NCBI GenBank assembly: GCA_010405405.1
Contig: MU004237.1
Location: 879,345-943,344 of the forward strand
Length of the DNA: 64,000 nt
Direction of reading: 5' to 3'
Source of the DNA: Microthyrium microscopicum
Lineage: Eukaryota
Part shown: piece after piece, positions 38,020 through 49,908 of the stretch
Layout: every line of letters begins with the position of its first letter
How positions within the stretch are numbered: the first letter of the stretch is position 1
Program-made: the position numbers and the translations under genes
The notes under the pieces: generated by a model
What the model saw: only the letters and a program-made list of their open reading frames with translations
Told to the model about the DNA's origin: nothing
The model's database searches: none

Positions 38020-39704
38020 GCTGAAAAGTACTTCTGGAGTTTAGGTAGAAATTCGATCGGCAGGTTTGCGAAAGACAGGTCAGGGCAGTTGAATATGTAC
38101 TTGCCCAGAAATCCTTATTCCAAGGTCGGAGTCGAGGTCTAGATGTCCGAAGAGTATGATACTAATGCAAGGCAGACGTAAGCCAAACTAAAAAGCTTCG
38201 TTTTGCGCGTGGAAAAGTTCGAAGCACCAGTTAAAACAAGCACAGCATGAGAACAGGTGGGGACATCTATTTCTAAACACCATGCAGTAGTGCTGTCTCC
38301 GATGGTGTTGCAGGCCTCGTGCGATCTTCAAGCTGGGGTACAAAAACAGCAAGTTTCCAATCGCAGGCTGCTTTTTACATGTATGATGACTTTGTGACTT
38401 CGAATTATTTTGACATGTTTGAAGAACAATTTCCTAACCGTTGGACTAAATCATTTCCATGAAAACGTACTGACGGCGTCCAATAGTCGTTTAAACTGGA
38501 GCACGTTTCCTGACATACATTGCGCTTTCACCACTTCTGCTTGGCACACCTTGGAACTTATAGCTACAAAATTGTGAATTAACTCATTCAGTGGTTGCGC
38601 TGGTCGGAGATCGTCCGAAAACGCCATCTTCTCACCACGATCAATGACGTGTTGGTTCGAGTGCCAATATTTCGCCAAGCGATAACCAAGTCCAATAGCT
38701 GAAGCTTTTCATGAGCTGCGCCATCAGTTTGAGGGCATTCGAGTGTGCAGCGGCGGAGACGTCTAGGGCCTTGACAATCCGGGAGTTTTCTAGGAAAAAA
38801 GTGATGGGTGAAGAGGCAATCCCTCAGCAGTTGTAGCGGCTGGTGTTTTACATGATTCAGGGGAGCTGTGGAGTCGGAACCACGGTGCGGGTTCCAAACC
38901 GAAACACCACAGACGTCGGAGTGACTTTGCGTAAGAAAACAATTCAGGGTATTTGAAACAAAATTCATGGTGAAAGTCACCGCTTCAAAAACAAAGTCTT
39001 GTAATCCAAGAACAATTGAACAGTTTTCTTTGTCAAAATGAGTTTCATTTGGTTGAAAACATCTATAACACAAGGTAAATATGAAAGATTTCGATGACTT
39101 CAGCCTCGCTCCCTGCTCAGGTAGTAAAAACAGGCGCCATCGAATGGCCAATAACTTTGGTTAACTACCATCATAATCCAATAACACTATCAGCACTTGC
39201 TGTCGCTTCTTCGGTTACATTCATGTCGGACAGTATTTTCCTTATCGAAATCTCATTCCATTCATGAATTCAACCGGAAGTCTACAAGCCATTGATATTG
39301 GAGGCAGTCTTGGTGGGAGACTCGGTATGCTTGTTTTCAATCGCGCTGCACATAAGCACTTGCGTGTTCATGCACTTATCCGCAATTAAAATTGAGGCGA
39401 CACCTGCAGGGACAGCTTGGCGAAGTTGGAAGTCAATAGTCTCGAGATTAGAGTCTAATTAGATTCATATGAGAAAGCTTTATATACGGCTTTCATAACT
39501 ACAGCAGATGTGGTTGATTCGTATGGTGAAGTCGTTCTTCCGTCAAACAAGGCTGAACAAGGCTGAGATGTGAGAGACTAAGCCTGTTATAGCTAGCGTA
39601 CCTTGGCACTAGGCTCGAAGTCACATTTTCAAATTCAACTCTCATTTATCGAACAACTCGACATATTCTCCCCGCCATAACCTCATCCTCGATATCACAA
39701 CAAG

Positions 39705-41270
39705 ATGGCCGAAGTATCACAATCGCCTGAATCGATACAACCTCATCTCCAAGTTTGTCGCCCCTCGGAAAAACCAAGCATGACTAACCCGCCATCTCAG
39801 TCTCTTCTGCGGACCTCTGCTAAACGAACTCGCGATCTCTTCGCTGCAGACTTTTCGTCGCCTTCCACCCTCTCGGCGCTCCCAGCCGTACCGTACTCCA
39901 TCGCACCGCCTCTAAACCCTCCACAAGAAGTCGCTGAGCGCGCAAGTCTCGCCACGCGAATACATACAGAATACCGCACCCTTAAAGACCTGCCACCAGC
40001 ACTCGAAGCAAAACAAGCCAGTGCCACCGCCGCAACAGCTGCTGCGCGCCGCGCCAAAAAGGCCAAAGTTGCCGCTGAGGGTAATCAGGCCTCGGATACG
40101 AAAGTCGCGAGATTAATCGACGGCATCAATGAGTCGAGTCGCACCTCATCCTCTACACAACAATCGCAAGCACTCGTGCTAAATAGGAAGAATCCAAACA
40201 GTTTACCGCCGAATGCCAACGGGCCGACAGTGAATCGGAATTTGCCATCGAGTGCGCTTGTACGCAAGGATACCGTACGGCAAATCAAACCAGAATGGCA
40301 TGCACCATGGAAGCTCATGCGCGTTATATCAGGTCATTTGGGCTGGGTGCGGAGCTTGGCTGTAGAACCAGGAAATCAATGGTTCGCATCGGGAGCAGGC
40401 GACCGGACCATTAAGATCTGGGATCTTGTGAGCGGAACGCTGAAGCTCACACTCACAGGCCACATCTCAACAGTACGCGGACTAGCAGTCTCTCCACGAC
40501 ATCCATATCTTTTTTCATGTGGAGAAGATAAGATGGTAAAGTGCTGGGATTTGGAGACCAACAAAGTCATTCGCCATTACCACGGCCATCTTAGCGGCGT
40601 TTATACTATGGACATACATCCAACTCTAGATGTGCTTGTTACCGGTGGTCGTGACGGTGTCGCTCGTGTCTGGGATATGCGGACGCGAAGCAACATTCAC
40701 GTACTTAGTGGTCACAAGGGCACTGTCGCCGATGTCAAGTGTCAAGAGGCAGACCCACAGGTGATATCTGCATCACTGGATAGTACAGTACGGCTGTGGG
40801 ATCTGGCAGCTGGCAAGACGATGGGAGTATTGACCCATCACAAAAAGGGTGTCAGAACGTTGGCAACTCATCCAAACGAGTTTACATTTGCAAGTGGCAG
40901 CACAAACAGCATTAAACAGTGGAAATGCCCGGAAGCTGCGTTCATGCAAAACTTTGATGGACACAACTCGATTGTCAACACACTATCAGTCAATGCTGAG
41001 AATGTCATGTTTTCAGGAGGTGATGATGGAAGCATGTACTTTTGGGATTGGAAGACGGGTCATTCGTTCCAAAATACAGCGAGTATGGCTCAACCTGGTT
41101 CATTAGATGCCGAGCAAGGAATCTTCACATCTACCTTCGATCAGACTGGCCTCCGGTTGATCACAGGAGAGGCAGACAAGACTATCAAGGTATGGAAACC
41201 CGATGATGAGGCAACAGAACAGTCGCACCCACTGGATTGGAAACCGACTTTGGGACGACAAAAGTTCTAG
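39705..41270 (+). CDS. PRP46: Pre-mRNA splicing factor Prp46/PLRG1 (WD40)
   Basis: [23 protein letters not shown]40 repeats, [20 protein letters not shown]. The start could instead be 39780. Confidence 0.97.
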   Translation: MAEVSQSPESIQPHLQVCRPSEKPSMTNPPSQSLLRTSAKRTRDLFAADFSSPSTLSALPAVPYSIAPPLNPPQEVAERASLATRIHTEYRTLKDLPPALEAKQASATAATAAARRAKKAKVAAEGNQASDTKVARLIDGINESSRTSSSTQQSQALVLNRKNPNSLPPNANGPTVNRNLPSSALVRKDTVRQIKPEWHAPWKLMRVISGHLGWVRSLAVEPGNQWFASGAGDRTIKIWDLVSGTLKLTLTGHISTVRGLAVSPRHPYLFSCGEDKMVKCWDLETNKVIRHYHGHLSGVYTMDIHPTLDVLVTGGRDGVARVWDMRTRSNIHVLSGHKGTVADVKCQEADPQVISASLDSTVRLWDLAAGKTMGVLTHHKKGVRTLATHPNEFTFASGSTNSIKQWKCPEAAFMQNFDGHNSIVNTLSVNAENVMFSGGDDGSMYFWDWKTGHSFQNTASMAQPGSLDAEQGIFTSTFDQTGLRLITGEADKTIKVWKPDDEATEQSHPLDWKPTLGRQKF

Positions 41271-41346
41271 TTTATCTTGTATACATTCAATCATAATACC
41301 CTTCATGTCTAATTATATCGCGTCCAGCGCTGCTCTATTTGAGGCC

Positions 41347-43647
41347 TCAATTGAAACCTAAATTACGAACTTCCACGTCGTCCTTTAATGCCAGTCCGAC
41401 TTCTTCATCCCCAACGTTCAACCGTACTCGTCGTCCTCGTTCTCCTTTTCTCGTCTCCGCTGCTACAATCCCAGCCTCCGTAAGACATACCACTGCTCCC
41501 TCCATGCCCACCATACGTGACGCCAGTGCCTTGCCCTTTCCTTTTCGTGACACTTCCCCATCCTGTCGCTCGCCCAGCAGGACTTGCCGTAAAGCTGTAA
41601 GCTCACTCAACACTCCCATCCGCCGCGCCTCGTCCAGCACATCACCAACCAGCGCCTCTGCCACCCCCGTCCGTCGATTCCGCGCCAATAGCGCCGCCAA
41701 AAACACCTTGCTCGCCAGTGGTAGCGAGCGCAAATACTGCTGCAGCGGACTGCTGGTCGCCTCCGCAATGGCCTCCTTGATCGTCGCAATCGTCACAATC
41801 GGACTCTTTCTCGCCTCCCGTCGTGCCGCCGCGTTCTTTCCACGCGCGCTTTTACTCGGTGAATTCGGCGTCTCATCTTCTGCACCGCCAGCCACAAATG
41901 CTTGAGCTTCAGCGATTTCTACTGCTCGCCGACAAATGTCAAGGGCACGTCGAGCATCGCCGCTGACGGCGGCGACCTTACGACTGGCGAACTGGATGGC
42001 GTCAGGATGGACGATGTTGTTAGGTACATTGGCGAGGCGGGATTCAATGATCTGGATGAGTTGTGCGTGAGTGTAGCCGCGGAAGGTGATGCGGTGGAGA
42101 CCGAGACGGGAGGAGATTTTGTTGGAGAGGGTACGTTCAGGTAGATCCATGGTGTTGGCGACGGCGAGAACAATTAGGCGAGAGTGACGGAGACCAGGCC
42201 AGTTGAAGAAGTTGTACATGACGCTCTGGTTCTTGGTGACGAGTTGGTCGAGCTCGTCCATGAGGACGACTACGGGCACGCGACGGGGAGAGGGAGTGCT
42301 GAATTCGCGTTCGAGAAGGTCGAGAGCGTGGGAAGGTGAGACGCGGTCGCCACGAAGGGCCTCCCAGAGGAGAGAGTAGCTTTGATGAGGATCGGTGACT
42401 TTCATGCCGTTGATCTCGACGAAAATGAAGTCGTCGAGTTCTTCAGCTATGACTGCGGCGTTAAGCTGGGCAACGACTTCGCGGACTGTGGCGGTTTTGC
42501 CAGTTCCCGGGGTGCCGGCGATGTAGATGCAGGATCCAGTGCCTGCAGTGATGGCGGATTCAAGGTGAGTATATACTTCTGCAAACTCTTCCTCGCGGCA
42601 AGGAAGAGCAGTGGGGACCGAAGATACATGCAAATGATTACGTGCAAGTGCGTAAGGTGATGCAAGGACGCTGGGGGATAATATCCGAGTCCCGAGTGGA
42701 GTAATCTCAAGAGCCTTTTTTATAACAATGCGTTTATGCGTTGGCGTGAGAAACTTTCGCGATGCTGGAGTTTTGTGATGTGACTTGGGTGTAATAGCGT
42801 CATTGAACTTGCGCTTCTTGCGTGGTGTATGTGGAAGACCTTGTTCAGGATCAGACTGACCAGCCATATAGTCGTCCTGGTCATCCTCATCCTTGGGCTG
42901 CTTTGTGCGTGGCCCACTTCGTTTTCGTGTTGCTTTTGTCTGGCCATTGACTAGTTCTACAAGTGCGGGAATATCTTGTTCTCCTTTATATATCTTTTCC
43001 CACACAAATTCCTCAGTATAAGTTGCGGTCCGAGTATTGCATCCTCGACGGCAGATAAAGACTTTGCCATATTCTTTAGCGTTGCGTGGGACTGTTCCTT
43101 TTGGGAAGCGCTTGTTATAGACACCAGGAGACATGATATACGAGGTTCCATTGATCGATGAGAGTGGATTGACGTCGTACGAGGGAGATATATAGAGTTC
43201 ATTCTGCACACATTAGCATTGATGTAATAACATAGGATCTCCGGGAAATCTCACCTTGTAGAAATCAGTCCGCTTCTTAGTCTTGTTTCGGATCTCATCA
43301 GGTGCGGAAAACCACATGAAATTGGCACACTTGTCGCCATCCTCATCTTCGGTGAATTCGCAAATGATTCCGATCCAAGCTTGGTTGTCGGAGGATTTGA
43401 GGAAGACTGTGTCGCCAACTTTGCATTCGAAAGTTCCCATGCGAGCGCCTATAATTTCTGGTTCCTCAACACTTTGTCCGCGTTTTCGTTTCTTAGAACC
43501 AGACTGCTTCTCGGAGGTTTTGGCGTGTATCCATTCCCAGGGGAGGTCTTCTTCACCCAGCTCATCGTCTGAATCCTCTCGTGTGACGGCACCACCAGAT
43601 AGCCAGCGTCGAGCTTTCTGTAAATTTGATTCCTTTCGACCAGGCAT
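41347..43647 (-). CDS. ORC1: Origin recognition complex subunit 1
   Basis: N-terminal BAH-like region (REDSDDELGEEDLPWEWI), LPCREEEF, Walker A GTPGTGKT, Walker B VLMDELD, NTMDLPER, VSGDARRALDICRRA; one intron near 43205-43254. Confidence 0.97.
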
Positions 43648-43732
43648 CTTGATGTCGTAGCTTGTCGAAGTGGGGTGGTGGAGAATTGGGTTTATAGGAG
43701 TCAGCACCAAAACTCGATCTCGAAGTTTAGAG

Positions 43733-43748
43733 ACGCGTTCTGGACGCG
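43733..43748. promoter_or_regulatory. MCB elements upstream of ORC1
   Basis: ACGCGT at 43733-43738 and ACGCG at 43744-43748, ~90 bp upstream of a replication gene. Confidence 0.6.
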
Positions 43749-43827
43749 CCGCGCTAATGCAACCACTTTAACGTCTTGGCAACGAGGGGGGCTACTAAAA
43801 GTGAATGGGGGCTGCAGACACCTACCA

Positions 43828-43838
43828 GGGTTAGGGCT
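43828..43838 (-). promoter_or_regulatory. Tbf1-type/telobox site (AGCCCTAACCC)
   Basis: Matches the aRCCCTaa motif known from yeast snoRNA promoters; followed by a poly(T) tract and the candidate snoRNA. Confidence 0.55.
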
Positions 43839-43904
43839 GTCACTGCAACTACTTCAGATTTTTTTTTGCTGGCGATTTCTTCGTTTTCCTTTTCTTTCCA
43901 TCAG

Positions 43905-44253
43905 TAGAAAACTAAACCTTCGAGGCTCCGCTTCGGCGGCTTGCTGAGGATTATTCACGGTTTCGACCGACATGAGTTCTCTTCCGTTCCCGGCCTTGTA
44001 GAGTGACGCGCCCGTCACCTATCAATTGTGCGTCTTCTTCAGTGGACCAGAGTTGTGGGATGGTTGCAACAATCCCGATTTCCATAGTCACATTTTTTTG
44101 TTTGTTCTTGTGTGCGACTCGAGCTTCATATCGCTGCTACTACGACCAAATTCAACAGTGTCATCCTTTATTACCGACTTCATGCACCGGACTCGCTGGC
44201 GGCGAGAGAAGATAGAGAAATTTTCGTTATGAGCCACGATGGGAATCTGACGC
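43905..44253 (+). ncRNA. Candidate snR4-like box C/D snoRNA (guide for 18S helix-34 cytidine acetylation)
   Basis: Box C-like TGAGGA 43945-43950 pairs with box D AATCTGA 44244-44250; AACTAA (43910) and CATGCACC (44181) are complementary to both flanks of the 18S h34 CCG; several hairpins, two with UUCG loops. Confidence 0.68.
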
Positions 44254-44843
44254 TCTGGGTTGTGCCATCGCATCAAATCCCAGGCTGAGCATGACGCTAT
44301 CGTTATTACTTGCTTAGACGTTGGCCGTGCGGTACATGAGATGCCGAGTCAAACAGACATCTCTCATATAACTTGGTGCTTTGGATATACTTGGTTGATA
44401 GCAGCACCCACTCGTAATGGACGATCGAAGGTGGAAATTATCCACACGAATTCTACCCATTAGCTACCACTGAGTGATCGTGATTCGACGCAAGTCCAGC
44501 TTGAAAGCTTGGAGGCATTCTGCGATTCTTGCTCTTCCAAAAGACCTCACTTTGGCTTGTCTATTTTAGTGAAGCCTACTGGCGCTCAATTAAAGCGATC
44601 AAGGCACGAACGGAATCATATAATCCTAAGGTCAGTTGCGTGTCCAGCAGAATTTGCACTCGTTAATGATAGATGTCATCAAGGTAAATGAAATTGTTTC
44701 CACGAAATAGGTTCATATCATAATCCATGCAAATTGTTTAGAGAAGATGTACTTAGTACCTGTATTGAAACAGACTATCTACTTCTCTATCGCTTTTCTG
44801 ACACCGGTGATCCGTAGATCATTTCACGAGGCCCAATAGCCGT

Positions 44844-45600
44844 CTAGTATAGACGCTTAGGAGGAGACATGGTAGCCTTGATGGTCAAGCTACCAACGTT
44901 CTGCCAGCCCTTCTTCAATAGAGAGACGAGGTAGTTGATGGCCAACATGATGTTTCCGATGAGCTCATCCTCAGTCATTCCGACATTGCCGACAGCGACA
45001 CCCATGCAGAGAACCTTCTTGAGCTGGAACTTGATGGTGGACTTGACCTCGTTGACCTTGTTGTTGAGGTCATCAGCGTGGGAGACGGGAGTAGGGAATT
45101 TGCCGGCTGTATGAGCTGTTAGCGAAGTTCTATGACTGAGGAAATTGAAGTGGACATTACCCTTGGAGAGACCTGGACCCAAGAGACGAGGAATCTGCTT
45201 GATGAGGGTCTCGGAAGACATGAAGGCATCGTACTTGCGAGCAAGCTCTGTATATCGTTAGCTCATTCTGCCTCGATACCGAGTGCTATGACATACTCTT
45301 GATGAGCTTCTTGTTCTTGTTCAACTTCTTCAAATCCTCAGCGGACATGGAGTCGAGGCCCAAATGCTTGGCACGATCGATATCGTGCTGGTCACCAAGA
45401 ACACACACGCTCATTCCTGGGCGTGGGATGGTGGGCAATCTAACGGTTCCCGAGAAACGCTTGTCACGCTGAGGGTCATAGTTCTTGAGGCCAATTTGGA
45501 GCTCAACAGTCTCGAGAAAGTTTCGCTTCTTGGTCTCGGTGGAGTATTCAAGGAGATCCTTGACATTGGATCGGACGCCGGCGACTGAGATTTTGGACAT
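44844..45600 (-). CDS. RPL1: 60S ribosomal protein uL1 (L10a)
   Basis: [64 protein letters not shown]; two coding introns plus a 5'-UTR intron 45664-45716. Confidence 0.98.
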
Positions 45601-45618
45601 GATTGCAGTCTTCCAGAG

Positions 45619-45664
45619 GACGGTTTATGGAGTTTCCTTTGGTGGGGCTTGCCGATAAAACGTC
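45619..45664 (-). promoter_or_regulatory. 5'-UTR hairpin overlapping the 3' splice site of RPL1
   Basis: GACGtTTTATcGG ... CCATAAAcCGTC; the first G is the last base of the intron AG. Confidence 0.5.
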
Positions 45665-46301
45665 TAGATTGGTTAGTTGATGCGATAGAGGGTTATTGCA
45701 GACGAGGAGAGCATACCAGACGATGGAATTGATGATGTTGGTTTCTTTAGATTTGGTGGAAGAATTGGTGTCAAATTGTGGGTGGCGTTTTGGTGGAGGG
45801 GTGAGGGAGCTGACTAAGCATCTACTGTCTCTCTTCGCTATCTTCTGATGCATGTGCTACAAGGTACTTCTAGGAGCAAACTTTGACTCCATCCTTTTTA
45901 TCAACACATTCAAAACCGCTTGTCGCAAAATACGTCTTACCAAATTAGGAAAAGCGACGTCCATCTGGATCTCAGTCAAATCTATGTACAAAACGCATCA
46001 AGCTTTTATTTTAAAGTATCATATGAAGTAGTCTTCGAAGTTCGAATACACAGTTCCCAAAGCCACAGGATGTTCAAGTCATTCAAAACAACCTGATTAG
46101 AACCAATCAAACAAAGGTCATACTTCACCTTGCTCTAAAACCGAAAATCGGCCAGAAATGACAGCGCAATCCGGATACTGGGATAACTCAACAGGTCATC
46201 ATTTCTCAAGTTGGTGAAACATGACTTCTGTTCTCGAGAACCATTCCTTTACCGAACGAAGCACCACTCGTCCTAGTCATGGCTTTTGGCTTTGTCAAAG
46301 T

Positions 46302-49300
46302 TCACTCGGTTCCAACGATGGGCACATTGGTATTGATAGCGCCGGTAATACCAGCCGTAATGACCAAAGGACCCGCTGCAGCAGTTGCTACAACCCCATC
46401 CATGCCGACAGTATCATCTTCCGCAGCATCGGAATCATTAGCAATGACGTTGCCAGGAAACGTTGGAGGTGCGTTGAGATCTGACTTGAACATGCCTTCT
46501 GGAAGCCATGTACGCTCCTTGCAGAATAAACGAATCTCTTGCTCTTCCTTGGACATTATCTTTCCAGGCTTGACGGTAATATCTCCGATCTCCTGTCGGT
46601 AGTCAAACTCCGCTTGGTGGTAGATTTCGTCTACAACAGTGTTCATTTCTTTCGCAACTTCAGTCCCCAGGATGCCAAGTTTGATTCGAACCTCATTCGC
46701 TGCGTCATGAAACATCACAGTCACCTTGTCTTGAACTGCATTCTCCATGATAGATTTGATCTGTCGCCAAACTCCCTGGCCAGCCGCTGCCGCGCATTGC
46801 TTATAAGCTTGGGCTAATGTCTGCTGTATGGACGGCGCAAACATTCGGTTGGCATTCTTTTGATGTTCAGTTATGACCTCATTCATGTGTGCCTCAGTGA
46901 TCTCTAAGCCATTACGGTGATGCATCATTTGGCTGGCCAGAAGCTCTGTACGGACAGAATTTGTACCATGCTTTCGCACATAACTCGTTACGTCGTCATG
47001 AAACTCCTGGAGCACGAGCTTTGCCTTTTCTTCGAACGACCGAACGACTGCCGGGAGGGCAGTTCCGAAGGCATTCATCCAAGGACGCGCAATCTTCTTG
47101 GTCATTGGTGCCACCAGGGCTTCATTGAAATCAATATCATGGTCGTCGGTACTGTATCTCCCAGCGCGTCTGACAACAGCCCGATACGTCTGGAAATGTA
47201 GCCCACCTTTCGATTGCGGAAGTCCCCAGCCTTTCGCCGTGCTGACTGCCGCAGACTGAGCCACGAAAGAGGCGCTGACATATCGCTTGTATATTGTTTG
47301 CTTGAGTATGCTTTCGAACGCGTCCTTGCTCTCATGAACCTCCTTCTTAAGACTACTTTTCAGCTGATATAGCTTCTTTTCCAGATGCATTGCTGGGGAG
47401 TTGCGCAATCGTTCTTCTGCATCAACACCAGCTCCGTCATTGGCGGCCCATAGCTCCAAGGACGTAACGAGCTTGAGGAAAGAATTCAAGAAACGTCGGG
47501 AGACTGCCATTCTCCCAGATCTCGTCAGCTCTCGACAATGTGCTTGGAGTTGGGGTATCTCAGTCTGCTCCAAGGTTTGGAATCCAACAACTGGAGTTTC
47601 ATTCTGCATTCTACCATTGAGCTGTTGGAAGCCCCAACTTGAGACGCAGTACACGGGCAACGATTTTGCTAGTGCTTCATAATCGTATTGATCCTCATTT
47701 GGGTCGAATGTAGTATCGTCTTTCTCCGATTCTAGTCGTTGGTAGTGCTCTTTCATACCAAGGGCATAATCTGCACGGATTGAATCCTTGGAATATGCAT
47801 TGCGTTTGACAATACAGGTGGTGACTATGCCAGCCTTGATATCACTCATTTCTTTTTGCATTTGACTGATCGAGTTTTGCAACTGAAGATTTCCGGTTAG
47901 TATAAAAGCATTCCATGGGGTCCGTCAACCACATTATTCACAGTAGCTTTGACGGGTAAAACTTACCTCTTTCATGTTCTTCTCGATATCCTTCAGCTCC
48001 GTACGACAAGCGCTCTTCTCGGACTTCAGGTCTTTGACTTTCTCTTCGGCTTCTTCGCCTGTGATAGGAACCCGCTTCAAACTGTTAGTTTCCTTCGGAG
48101 CATAAACAGTCTCTCCCTTCTTAATCTCGTCCGCGAGATCAAGCCACTTATCCAAGTCGTCGTCAACCTCGTCGAACTTGTCTTTACGTCCCTGCTTTTC
48201 CTTCTTTAGCCCTTCGAAATTGGCTTTGGCAGTATTGATCTCTTTCTGACGCTTGCGGCTTTTTTCTCGTTGGGCCGAAATTTCTGGCTCTATCTTCAGG
48301 GATTTGGGCGCTTCGTCGACCGAGATGCGATCCGTCTGAGAGCAGATAAAAGTGACTGCAGAAGCTTGACCATCAAGTAAGAGCTGTGTCTTGAATGCAT
48401 CGCCAAGGAGATTCTTGGCCACTTTGTTGTCAACAGCTCGATGGATACTTGCGACAACCCAGAAGCCGGTGCAGTCTTTGAGCCAATTTTTCATCACAGC
48501 TGCCCGAGCAGCATTGGCGTCCGAGAGCCCGGGACAGTCGGCAATTTCCATTCCAGTTTCCAGAACGGGCGATTTGAGGTACACCCGTACGCATTTGATG
48601 AGCGGCCAATATTCTCCAGGCCACTCGCTTGTGTCAGTTTGAGCCGGCTTCGAGCTTTCGCCTGCCGATTTTTCTTTACTGTCCACATAGTCTGATAGCT
48701 TGCGACGAAACGCTTCCGGCGTTGAATCTTGAATATGCACAACCCGATCAAGGCGTTTGCTTAAGGCAACGTCCGATGCCAAAAATGCGGGAATATCGCT
48801 CAAAGCTCGTTCTATGTCCGTCTATAAGTCGTTAGCCGAACATTCGGTGGCATTTAAAATGGCAATTAATTTATGCGATGGCAATTCACTGCTGCATTAA
48901 CCAAGTATCGAACTTACTTGTTTAGTCAAATGAGGATAGACAGCCTTGAACCTCGCATAAGCCTCTTCCTCTTCCGTGTCTGGGACATTGAAGTTCCGCG
49001 AAAGCCGGCCTTCCTCGAGTAAAATGCTCCCTATCGTTGATAGCTCTTCTGTCCAATCGCTCATTCGCATGAACACAATCGCTCCCTTGAATTTCGCGGC
49101 AGGGTCGTTGCTGTGATTGAAAGCAAAAACCGTTATCACGGCAGTGCAAGCTCGTATGCAATTTGTGGGCGCGAGACTGCTCTATGTTAGACATGAAGCC
49201 AGGCAGCTGCTGATATTGACTTACTGCTCCACCCCCAACAGTGCATTGAGAAGGCTGCTCTTCCCATCTCCTGTACCACCAATCACTCCAATGAGTGTAC

Positions 49301-49908
49301 GGTGTTGTGTCGGTAGATTCATCAATTCTTTGATCGAGACACTCCATCGATTAGCATCAACCCCATTCAATGCTTCCAACTCTTGAATTCGGCTAAGAAG
49401 GGCCGGGAGACAACCTTTGATACGACGTACAGCCTGCTCCATTTCCTCTGGGCGATTGCTGGACTCCAGTTTTGTCAGGTATTGAAGGTTCGACATTTGT
49501 TTGGATTTCGAAATGTCCACGATTTGGCTGTTCTCCCCCACAGCGCGGAGGACAATGAGGCCATCTTTGCAGTGGTCGAATTTGTCCACAGTGGCATAGT
49601 CTGAGCCGCACAAGCCAAATGAATGGAACAATTGGACTCGGTGACCAACCATGTTCTCGCAACGGTTCATAACTTCTGTGATCGAATCATCCTAGGCAAA
49701 ATTAACTCTGTACTGGGAGACATAAACGTGGGCATACCTTTTTGCACTGGAACCAGAGGAAGTCTTCTGCTTGTAAGGTATCCGGAGTAATCTTTTTATT
49801 GTGCTCAGGACGCAGGATGGCAACCTGACAGGAGTCGGTTTCCAAGTATGGTTTTTGTCGCCAACGCTTCGCGGCTTGGCGTAGCTGCTCCGTAATAGCC
49901 GGATCCAT
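46302..49908 (-). CDS. Dynamin-superfamily GTPase (SLIP-GC/NUGGC-like) with coiled coil and helical stalk
   Basis: G1 GGTGDGKSSLLNALL, G2 PTNCIRACTAV, G3 ADCPGLSD, G4 CSQTD, YWPLIKCVRVY; exon 1 49738-49908 splices in frame to 49691; the exact C-terminus is uncertain. Confidence 0.87.

Noticed and set aside
38451..39151. 187-aa and 75-aa minus-strand ORFs
   Set aside because: Non-ATG starts, no recognisable domain or coherent splice model.
43828..43837. CCCTAACCC on the minus strand as a telomerase RNA template
   Set aside because: The downstream minus-strand sequence runs straight into the ORC1 CDS, leaving no room for a ~2-kb TER; a Tbf1-type promoter site fits better.
43940..44250. U3 snoRNA (AGAGTGA resembles box B)
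   Set aside because: No convincing box A'/A 5' domain; the guide complementarity points to 18S helix 34 instead.
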